A DNA stretch of 64,000 nucleotides from assembly GCA_013239625.1 (NCBI GenBank), contig MU053379.1:3516866-3580865 (forward strand), in the 5' to 3' direction. The stretch comes from Lama guanicoe (taxonomy: Eukaryota). Shown piece after piece: positions 39,783-49,562 of this stretch. The notes under the pieces are model-generated. The model ran no database searches and was not told the origin of the DNA. It saw only the letters and a list, made by a program, of their open reading frames with translations. The position numbers and the translations under genes are program-made. Numbering within the stretch: position 1 is the stretch's first letter; every line of letters starts with the position of its first letter.

Positions 39783-41130
39783 GAGGATTATTGCATTCTT
39801 TTTACAGCTGAGTAAGATTCCATTGTATAATATACCAAACTTCTTTATCCAGTCATCTGTCGATGGACATTTGGGTTGTTTCCATGCCTTGGCTGTTATA
39901 AGTAGTGCTGCTGTGAACACTGGGGTGCAGGTGTCTTTTGGAATTAGAGTTTTCTCAAGATATTTTGACCAGGAGTAAGATTGCTGGATCATATGGTAAG
40001 TCTATTTTTAGTTTTTTAAGAAACCTCCATGCTGTTTTCCACAGTGGCTGCACCAAACTGCATCCCCACCAGCAGTGCAGGAGGGCTCCCTTCTCTCCAC
40101 AGCCTCTCCAGCATTTGTCGTTTGTGGACTTTTCAATGATGGCCATTCTGACTGGTGTGAGGTGGTGCCTCATTGCAGTTTTGATTTGCATTTCTCAGAT
40201 TATGACTGATGCTAAACATCTTCTCAAGTGCCCCTTGGCCATCTGTGTGTCTTCTTTGGAGAACTGCCTGTTTTGTCCTTCTGCCCATTTTTTGACTGGA
40301 TTGCTTGTTTTTTTTTATATTGAGCTGTACGAACTGTTTGCATATTTTGGAAATTAAGCCAGTGTCAGTTGCATCTTTTGCAAATATTTTTTCCCGTTCT
40401 GTAGGTTGTCTTTTCATTTCATTCATGGTTTCTTTTTCTGTGTGGAAGCTTTTAAGTTTAATTAGGTTCCATTTGTTTCTTTTTGCTTTTGTTTCCAGTG
40501 CTGTAGGAGGTGGATCCAAAAAAATACTGCTGTAATTTTTGTCAAAGAGAGTCCTGCCTGTGTTTTCCTCTAGGAGTTTTATAGTGTCTGGTCTTACATT
40601 TAGGCCTTTAGTCCATTTTGAGCTTGTTTTTGTACATGGTGTTAGAGAATGTTCTCATTTCAGTCTTCTACAGACAGCTGTCCAGTTTTCCCAGCACCGC
40701 TTATTGAAGAGACTGTCTTTTCTCCACTGTATATTCTCGCCTCCTTTGTCATAGATTAATTGACCGTAAGTGCGTGGGTGTATTTCTGGACTTTTTATCC
40801 TGTTCCATTGGTCTGTGTGCCAGCACCACGCTGTTTCGATTACTGTAGCTTTTTGTAGTGAAGTGTGAAGTCAGGGAGTGTGAGTCCTCCAGCTTCATTC
40901 TTCTTTCTCAGGACTGTCTTGGCTATTTGGATTCTTTCGTGTTTCCATACAGATTTAATAATTTTTTGTTCTGGTTCTGTGAAAAGCGCCACTGGTAGTT
41001 AGGCAGGGACTGCACTGGTCTGTCGATTGCCTTGGGTAGTGTGGCCATTTTAGCAATACTGAGTCTTCCAGCCCAGGAGCACGGTGTGTGTTTCCATCTC
41101 TTTGTGTTGTCCAGTAGCACATCTTTCAAT
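39783..41130 (-). mobile_element. LINE-1 ORF2 3' portion
   Basis: Minus frames [22 protein letters not shown]...[31 protein letters not shown] and KRQPTEREKIFA; frameshifted. Confidence 0.93.
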
Positions 41131-41499
41131 AAGCTATGTCCCCCTGTGGAAAGGCAAGGTGAGACCTGTGATCCAGTTGCAATAAGCTGCACTCTCCGTT
41201 CTTTCCCTTTTGTCTGAAATATCCATGTAAACGTCGTTTTGGTCTTGAATTTGTTTCTTCAGTATATTTTGCCTGTACAGATAGAGCCCAAAAGAGACAA
41301 TTAGAGGCTACATTATTGAGATTAAAATAGACAAAACACACGTGCAAGCCGACTGGGAAAGAAAGTCAACCGGCCCTTCTGAAAGCCAGAAGGCTATTCA
41401 TGTGATGTCTGAAAATATTGCAGATATTAAAGTAAAAGATAAATCTCTAATCTTCACAAGAAGTCTCAGCAGTGAAACAGAAACATAAAGGAAGCTTCA

Positions 41500-42070
41500 A
41501 ATAAATAAAGACACTTGTGTTTCCGGAAAGGATGGCTAATGGCTGTGAGTAATGAGACCTAATTCTTCTCAAATTAGATATTTATTGAAGACAATTCAAG
41601 GTTTGTTTTGGAGGACTTTGAGAAAATAATTCTAAAGTTTATCTGAAAGAGATAAAAGGCAGGTATTTACAAGCCAGTGATAGGAGATCTCCTATAAAGT
41701 ATGCTTTGAAGCCACGCTACTTAAAACAGTGTGATTAAGGCATAAAAACAGACAACTGTAGCAGAATTGTTAGTTACGTGATTGTTAATTATACACGAAA
41801 AACATTTGGCAAGAGAGGCATCACGGATCAGGAGGTAAAAGATAAATAATTTAGTAAGTGTTTTGAAATTCCTAACCCTCGACAGTATCAGAAAAGTCAG
41901 TGTGTGAATCGTATGCTTGCATCGCATCCATTAACACAAAATATATGCCTCTGTCACGTGAGAGATTTGTGAAATCATAAACTTGACATTGACACTTTTC
42001 ACTGTATTTTTATTGTATACAGATACGAACACAAAAAGAAAGAAGTAAGAAAAAATTACCCTTAGACAAC
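41500..42070 (+). mobile_element. Highly degraded L1 ORF2 remnant (upstream flank of the retrocopy)
   Basis: aattcttctcaaatt...gagaaaataattctaaagtttatctgaaag...aaaacagtgtgatt motifs. Confidence 0.45.
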
Positions 42071-42270
42071 GATGGAGAAAATGACATTTTAGTCACAACC
42101 TTCTCCTCTGACAAGCCCACCTCTTCCCCACCGACACTGACCAGATAACTGGCCAATCCAGGATGTCAGGTGCTGGTTGGGTTCCAGGCGGAATGTTGGG
42201 GTGTCCCCAGGGGCTTGTTGTGGCTGGCGGAGCCACGGCAACTGGGCAGAGCCCTGGGTGGGTCAGTGCC

Positions 42271-42900
42271 ATGGAGGGGCTGCTGTCCTCTGTGGAGCTT
42301 GGCTTCGGGCTGATCCTTAGGTCGCTGAATGCGGTCCTGGTGGTGCTGCTGCCCAAAGGCCTGTGTTCCCAGCTCATGTTCCAGAGCCTCCCCTGGGAGA
42401 CAGCGTTGAGTCCGCCTGTCCTCACCTTATTGCTCAGTGCTTTATTTACTTTCAGACTTATTCAGTCTGTTACAAGTCAACTTAATAGAAGACATGAAAA
42501 GCAACTGGCAAAAACACTGGCTGCACAGATCCAAGAGAAGTGCCACCTCATTGACCGGCTTTATGTGGCTAAACAGGAGTGTGCCAGGATGGAGACAACT
42601 CTAAAGGATGCCAGGCTAGGGAAGGAGCCAGTAAATACACCATGCCTCGCTGTCACCTACAGAGAGCTGATGACGGCCAACCTGAGCTTGAGGAAGGAAA
42701 TCAGTTTTCTCGTCCGAGAACTGAAGAGAGTGCGACCCCTGCAGTCTATACGAGAAGAGATGGCGGAGATGCTAAAGGTGCTCAAGTTCCTGGAGGAGGT
42801 CACGAGAATCAGCACATCACAAGGGGCTTTTACACACCAACTAGGGGACCGAGCACCGAGTCCTGATGGCCCCCCTCCCAGGAGTGGGCCCTTGTGTTAA
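42271..42900 (+). CDS. Intronless cTAGE/MIA2 (cTAGE5)-family retrocopy, 209-aa ORF: membrane anchor + coiled coil + short Pro-rich tail (retrogene or young pseudogene)
   Basis: GCCATGG Kozak context. LPKGLCSQLMFQSLPWE...FRLIQSVTSQLNRRHEKQLAKTLAAQIQEKCHLID...ETTLKDARLGKE...NLSLRKEISFLVRELK...EEMAEMLKVLKFLEE aligns collinearly with the recalled cTAGE5 N-terminus (LPEGMRPDSNLYGFPWE...WRSFRSVRSRLYVGREKKLA...LIEEKSKLLE...ESSLKDASFEKE...NSELEDEILCLEKELK...DELMADISKRIQSLED). No introns. Confidence 0.75.
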   Translation: MEGLLSSVELGFGLILRSLNAVLVVLLPKGLCSQLMFQSLPWETALSPPVLTLLLSALFTFRLIQSVTSQLNRRHEKQLAKTLAAQIQEKCHLIDRLYVAKQECARMETTLKDARLGKEPVNTPCLAVTYRELMTANLSLRKEISFLVRELKRVRPLQSIREEMAEMLKVLKFLEEVTRISTSQGAFTHQLGDRAPSPDGPPPRSGPLC

Positions 42901-43204
42901 AGCCATGCTGTGCCCTCCCCTCCACTCAGGCCTCCCAAGCGGCCGGGCTACATTCACTCAGTCAGGTCTCCGCCTGAGCTGCACCGAGGCCAGTGGATGG
43001 AGGGCAGTCCCTCCTCTGGACCAGAGTCCCTCCAGCTTTACCAGTGAGCACAGCAGTGAGCTCCTTCGTGGTCAGCATCTCTCACCTAAAATATACTGGG
43101 ATTCCCAGAGCACACACACACAAAATGTTTTGGAAAAGTTGGCAAGCTATTTTGGGGGAAAATATAGATTTATCCTTTTCTTCCAAAACCTTATTTAAAT
43201 TTCA

Positions 43205-43210
43205 AATAAA
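43205..43210 (+). terminator. Candidate polyadenylation signal of the cTAGE retrocopy
   Basis: AATAAA about 305 nt after the stop, at the transition to AT-rich L1-like sequence. Confidence 0.4.
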
Positions 43211-43229
43211 TTTAGAATTATATACAAGA

Positions 43230-43760
43230 AAATTAAGTAATAGTATTTGAAATTTTAGGGATAAATATATAACTGATCTCTAGAGGAAAAGATACATTCT
43301 AAACATAATGAAAAAAATCACAAAGGAAAATGTTAGTACTTTTGACATAAACTTCTCTCTCTATGCTTAAGAAATGATAAAATACTGTAAAAGTTAAAAC
43401 ATATGAAAAAATATGACTTCCAAATATGGTGGCTTCAAATAATAAAAATTCATACGTTAGAATCCCTACAGATATGTGGGCAAAGAACAAGATTCAGGAA
43501 TATTGTGAAATAAACATAAATGAAAAATAAATTGGTGAAAATATTCAGACTCACCTGTAATGAAAGAAATGCCATCAAAACAGCTACGAGACACCGTTTC
43601 GCTCATGAAATCAGGAAAGACTGAAAGGCGACGGTGCCGTGGAGGCTGTTAGGGCTGGGCTGTCACGCGCTGGTAGGAGCGGGAGGGAGCCGGTGCCGGT
43701 CACGGAGCAGGACCCCTCCCGGTAAGTCCTCTTCCAGGACAGCCTCCCGAGAAGCGGCCG
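43230..43760 (+). mobile_element. Degraded L1 ORF2 3' remnant (downstream flank of the retrocopy)
   Basis: gaaaatattcagactcacctgtaatgaaagaaatgccatcaaaacagctacgagacaccgtttc corresponds to the L1 KCSTSL..REMQIKT..RYH segment. Confidence 0.55.
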
Positions 43761-44528
43761 CCCTGCAGGCAGAGACGCAGAGCTGTTCACAGCCATCTCA
43801 CCTCCACTGTCATGTTGACAAGTTTTAAAAAAATTTGATGGAACTTAAGAGTACATAGGGTGTCACAGCGATCATTTCTAAAAAGTGTATTATTTCCCGT
43901 TTGCCCCTTCCTTTGGATTTTCTCTGTAAGCAGAGGTGGGAGAGGGTAGGTGTGGTGGATAAATACCTTCCGCTCCCTCAGCTCCCCGCTGGAAGTCAGA
44001 GGGCCCCGGGGCCCAGATAACGTGGCTTTAGAGGGCAGCTTCCCCGGGCGAAGAGCCGAGGAGAGGAGGGTGGAACTTGGGGCCAGGTGGGGGCCCCCCG
44101 GAGGATCACAGCAGGAGGCTGAAGGGCACCGACAGCCCCCCTGCAGAGGAGCCCAGGGGCTGCCCCTTTCTGCTCCGCTGCACGGCTCCGGCCGCGTTTC
44201 TCGTCGCGCGTGGCAGACAGATGGCCGCACCTGTGACCCCTGACCTCCACGTCCCCCTCCCGCCCCCCGCGTATTTTGGAGGCTTGTGCTGTGGCACGGG
44301 GGGTGGGGTGCAGTGACACGCCGGGGATTTGCTTTAAAACACTGCAGCAAGAAGAAAATGGTTCTAGAGCAAAGGTCAGCTGAAGTGAATGTGTCAACAT
44401 CCAGTGACTGGAATATGGCGCTGTCCGGGGTGGGGAGGGTGCTGTATATTCTTTTGAATGCTTGAAATTTGTCATCATAAACTTTGCTTTAAAACTGTAT
44501 AACATACCAAAAAAACTGCATGACAGCA

Positions 44529-44542
44529 GTTGCCATGGCAAC
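44529..44542. promoter_or_regulatory. Perfect palindromic RFX X-box
   Basis: GTTGCCATGGCAAC, an exact 14-bp consensus palindrome. Confidence 0.7.
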
Positions 44543-44799
44543 ATAAGTGATGGCCTCACCCAAATGGACGTGTGTGCAGACCTCCCAAAGCTCCCAAGTT
44601 CCTGGCCTGCTGCCCCCCTCCCAGGCCTCCACGCGGAGGGCATGACCGCTCCCCAGCACGGGGTGCACTACTGGAAAACGCGCTGCCCCGTGTTTCTCCG
44701 GGTGGCCCGGACAAGGATGGAGGTCGCTGTGGTCATGCACTTCACCTGGAACTTTAAAATTAAAAGAAAAGGAGTTATCTGAGGCCCCTCAGAAGAAAC

Positions 44800-44990
44800 T
44801 GGACCTGGGGTCGGACATGGCTTCAAATACCAGCTCCACCCTCAGCAAGCTCTTAACTTTTCTGAGCCTTGACTTCTTTGGCTGTAAAAATAGTAGTGTC
44901 CATCTTTATCCAAAAAGGATTGATGTGAAGATGGAAAGAAATGGTGTGTGTGGTCCCCCCAGCACCTTGCCTGGGTGTGGCAGGTGCTCC
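44800..44990 (+). mobile_element. MIR SINE
   Basis: gcttcaaataccagctcc...caagctcttaactttctgagcctt...ctgtaaaaat...ggattgatgtgaagat. Confidence 0.6.
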
Positions 44991-46189
44991 CCTCTTTCCT
45001 CCTCTGTCCCAGAGGAGAGAGTCCTCGGCAGCTTTGGCTTCAGGTGTGCATTCTGTGGGCAAGAATTCCTTTCTTCTTAGGCTATAAACGCCCTTTCCAA
45101 GAACCTTGGGCCACCCATCTGCTTCTTGCTCACTTGTGGTCTGAGGACTTTGATTCCTGCCCTCTGTGGCCCCTCTGGACTTTTTCTCTGGGAGGATTCT
45201 GTTTTTAACCACCCCGAGTCCACACCTGGTGAATTCCACCTGCCCCCCAGTCCCGGCCCCCAGGACGGGCCCTCGCCCCGAGGCCGCCGCTCTCCCAGGA
45301 CGCGCTCTCACGCTGCCCGGGGAGGGCTGGCCTCCCGACCGCAGGAGAGGAGTTTTCCAGGTGAAAAGCCACCTTGCTGCCGTCTGAGTTTCACTGTCCA
45401 GACCTTCCAGCGGAAGCCTTGTGAGGTCTCTGTGTGAGCTTTTTTTCCTCTATTTTAATTTTTTTAATTTACAATGTGTCCATTTCTGGCGTGTGATCTC
45501 GGTACCTAACGGCTTGTGAGAGACCAGGGGATTCTGAAGGGTAGACCAGCTTGAAATTTAAATCTGATTTTCTCCAGCCACAACTTCGGGGGCAGCAAAA
45601 TACTCAACCTTCGGCCTCATGTCTGCATAAAAACGTGACACACACAATATGCATATTAACTCGTGTGATTCTGTGTTCACAGGAGTTCATAAACAGGAGG
45701 GGTGGCCTTGGCTGGAATAGGCAGGGATGGCTTCAGAGAGGAGGTGGCCTGGGATGAAGGGGAACCTTGGAGGTTGAAAAGAATTGAGATGAAAGAAAAG
45801 AAGGAAGGATGGGAAGCATTCATGAGCTCGACCTGCTAGGCTATCTTTATAATTTGTAATCAGAAACCAGAAAAGCTGTCAGATGGATTCGTTTCAGAGT
45901 GAGCTGAAAAAAGGGTAATATTGGAAAACTCAGAGCACAGTCGAGTGTGATTTCTGAGTGTGTGTGACGGTAGCCCACAGCCCCTGGCACACGAGCCCCG
46001 AGGAGGCGGCTCTCACTGTGCGGAGGGTGAGCGGTGACCTGACGCCCCAGCCTTTGGCGCAGGGCCGGGCGGCTGAGGCAGCGAAAGCTCTCCAGTGGAG
46101 CCAGCGTGTGGCCGAGGCGGAGAACCTCTGCTCTAAACGTCAGCACGGCCGTCCTGCCTGAGCCTGCTGTTTGAGAAGTCAGCCAGCCG

Positions 46190-46308
46190 TCTAGGGCGGA
46201 GCCCAGGGATCCCGACATCCCGCCGTGCGGTGGGCCGGCCCGGGCACTGGTGCTTTTAAAACGTGCTCCAAAATGATTCAAATGAGCCCCCAGCGTGGGA
46301 ACCACTGT
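46190..46308. mobile_element. MER5-like hAT remnant
   Basis: ttttaaaacgtgctccaaaatgattcaaatg...gggaaccactg terminus. Confidence 0.5.
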
Positions 46309-46957
46309 TCTGATTTCAAAGAGGGCAGCCAGCGTCCTCCGAATCCTGGCCCCGGAAGGGGCGCAAGGAGCTCAGCAGACCCTGCGGCCAGCAGCCCGGC
46401 CGCTCCTCACCTCCCGCCTTGAGTGCTCTGCGAGGAGGGGAGGGCGGGTTTGGGGAAGGGAGATGTTAGCAGAGTCAGGGTTCCCTCTTCCTTCCCTGCC
46501 CGTGGCCAAGCAAGGAGGAGGTGACCCGAGGGTGACAGAGATGGGGTGCAAGCAGGGAGAGTGACAAGCAGTCCCAGCGGAGTGGCTCCTCTGCACCCGG
46601 GGGCTCCCTGAGGAGGTGCTGCTGCCCGGCGTCTCCCAGGCCCCCCGAGTGCCCCGTGAGAGCGGGCGCACCTGCCTGCCTCACTCGGGGCCTCCGGCGC
46701 AGGTGTCTCAGCCAGCGAGCCACCACGGGGAGGAGAGCGTGCCGGGAGCTGCCAGCTGAGGAAGAGAAGCCATCCTCCCTTCTCCCTCTATCCCGGCATC
46801 CTTCCCCCACGCTGTGGACCCCATGCCCCCGCCCCCGACCCTGTGCCGTCAAGGTCCCTGCTGAAGCCCATTCTGGGGACAGGAAGAAATGAGATTTCAG
46901 TAGAATTCTACCTACTGAGTTTAATAACCAAAAGCAATTGGGGAGGTTCCCCCCATC

Positions 46958-47680
46958 CCTGAGATGTAACTGACATAGAACACCGTGTAAGGTGAAGGTG
47001 CACAGCGTGTTCATTTGATACTCTTATATATCGTAATATGACTGCAGCTGTAGCTTCAGCTGAACACCTCCATCACATCGCATAATTATCATCTCCTTTT
47101 GTTGAGAACATTTAAGACCTGGTTTCTTAGCAACTTTGAAGAGTATAATACTGTATTGTTGACTCTAATTATAATGCTGCTCATTAGACCTCCAGAATAT
47201 ATTCATGTTATAGATGGGAGTTTGTGCCCTCAGAACCAGTCTCCTCGAGTCCCCCACCGCCCCCAGCTCCTGGTAACACCATTCTACTCTATTTCTACAA
47301 GTTGGGCTTTTTCAGCGTCCACGTGTAAGTGAGATCGTGCAATAGTTGTCTTTCTCTGTCTGATGTAACTCACCTACCATAATGCCTTCAAGGTCCGTCC
47401 ATGCGTCTGCAAATGGCAGCCTGCTCTTTGTTCTCCTGGTTGAATAATATTCCATTGTGTGTGTGTGTACCACACCTTCCTTAGCCACTCACCTGCTGAC
47501 GGACACTTGGTCGTTTCTATGTCCTGGCTGTTACGAGTAACGCGGCAGTGAACGTGGGAGGACAGATACCCTCTGATGCCCTGTTACTTGGCTGTGTACC
47601 CAGGGTGGGACTTCAGGTCGCACGGTAGTTCTACTTTTAACTTTTTGAGGAACCTCTGTACTATTTTCAACAGTAGCTGA
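46958..47680 (-). mobile_element. LINE-1 3'UTR and ORF2 end
   Basis: tgagatgtaactgacata...gagaacatttaagacct...cacgtgtaagtgagatc...tttttgaggaacctc. Confidence 0.85.
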
Positions 47681-49525
47681 ACTAGGAAGTTCTGTGATGG
47701 ACCTAAGATGTTAGGGACTAGAACAGAGGCATTGCCGCAGCCCAGCTGAAAGCAGAGGCTGGAGTAAAAGAAGTTTCTGTCGGCTACTGAAAAGGGACTG
47801 TGCGAGCATCAGTTACACGTGCACCGCGCCCCTCCACCAGATTCTAGGGTCCCCGAGGGCTGGGGAGGAGCCCAGTGCTCTTGGAGCAACGAGGCCGGCT
47901 CTGTGCAATGCAGAGAGTAGGACCTTCCGGACGTGGATGCTTGCCCGGGTGTCCACCGCCGGGTTCCGCCCTGCTTCCTGGGTGATCGAGGTGGCACAGG
48001 TTGTTTGTTTTAAACGAGGGACTTCTCGTCTCTGGAAAGGGGGAGGTTATTATAAAATAAATACGTTTCTCAGCGACGTTGTTACGATACTTGATCAACA
48101 ACAGAAAATGGGCGGTTTTACCATCGCGGAAGGCCGTGTCTGACCGCGAGGCCGCTCGCCTGTGAGTCCCCAGACGGCCCCTGTCCCCGGCCCTTGGTGC
48201 TCCTAACACTTGGGGCCTGCGGGTGTCGTGCTGCCGTGTTGACCCTCGAAGTCCGGGCAGCCCCGGAGGCCTGTGTTCCTCTCTTGAGTCAACCGGCCGC
48301 TCTCTATTCAGAGCGCTGAAAGGGCTCCAAGGCGGACGGCCCTTCACTGTGGAACAGACGCTGCGGTAGCACGCCGTGCGGTCACTGCGCTGAGGAGCTG
48401 ACTGGATGGAGCGCTGCGGGGCGCGTCACCGCCTAAACTCTCCGGTGTCGGCCTTTGTTTGGAGAATCTTGGAGGTTCCCTGGAGTAGGATGGAGGGGCT
48501 CCTACACTTTGTCGCCCACAAGTCAAGAGGAGAAGCAAGTGTGCTGCTCTGAGTGCCGACACGAGGGCTGATACAAACGTTACTCTTCCGCTCCCACCGA
48601 TGGTCTGACGAACAATCTGAAAACACGGCCGCAGGGAGGAGGGTTGCCAAGAATGCCAAATGTGTAATAAAGTAGCTTCATATGCGGAAACTGCTTCCAA
48701 GCTCCGCTAGCTGGTGCTTACTGAGGAAAGCAGTTATTCTTAAGATTGTACCATGCCTCCTTCCTATATCTTTCTCTCCCTTTTTTTTTTATAAAAATGT
48801 TAATCTTCATGGTATATCTCCCTAGAGTCTTTTTCATACTCATTTTACAAGGATATAAATCACCAAATATATACAACTTTTCATTTTCTCTTCGTTTAAT
48901 ACACAGCATAAGTGTTTTCATGTCATTATTTTGATGCCCGTAATCCTAACTGCTGAAGAATATTTTGTTAGGTAATTTACAATTATTATTAAATATAACC
49001 GAGTGCAAGAATTTGTGTTTGCTTCTAATTGTATCATTATAAAAATGCCATTTTTGCTATTGTCAAAATGTACTTTTGTGGTGTGCCTTTTATTATTTTG
49101 AATTGCTTTGAATCGGAGTAGCTTCCCTGAAGTGAAGCTTTGGGGAGCAATGTTTGAGGTCTTTTGGTCCTTTTTTAATTGAAATACACTGGTTTACAAT
49201 ATTATATTAGTTTCAGGTGTGCAACAGTGAGTGGTTCAATATTTTTATAGATTCAACTTTTGGGTTTTTGATAAAATGGCCAAATGCCTTTCCAAAGTGG
49301 TTATCAATGCCTGATTCCACCGTCTCCAACCTTCTTTTTTATGGTCTCATGAACGTCTCCTTCTGCTCACTGAGAGAAGGGTGCAAGGCCCTTGTTTGGT
49401 GATATGCTTGGTAGCCCCCCAGAGATGGCCCCAAATAAAAGTGGAATTTGCACACATTTGTAGAGAAAGGAAAAGGTGGAGAAATACGCTATCAGACGCG
49501 CGCCACAGCGTGCCTGGGTGTGCCC

Positions 49526-49526
49526 G

Positions 49527-49562
<36 letters not shown>
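49526..49562. repeat. (TG)n microsatellite
   Basis: Direct reading. Confidence 0.9.

Noticed and set aside
42163..42270. Upstream in-frame ATG extending the cTAGE ORF to 245 aa
   Set aside because: Homology starts at the second ATG (MEG..., GCCATGG), and the extension looks like 5'UTR. Use of the upstream ATG is not excluded.
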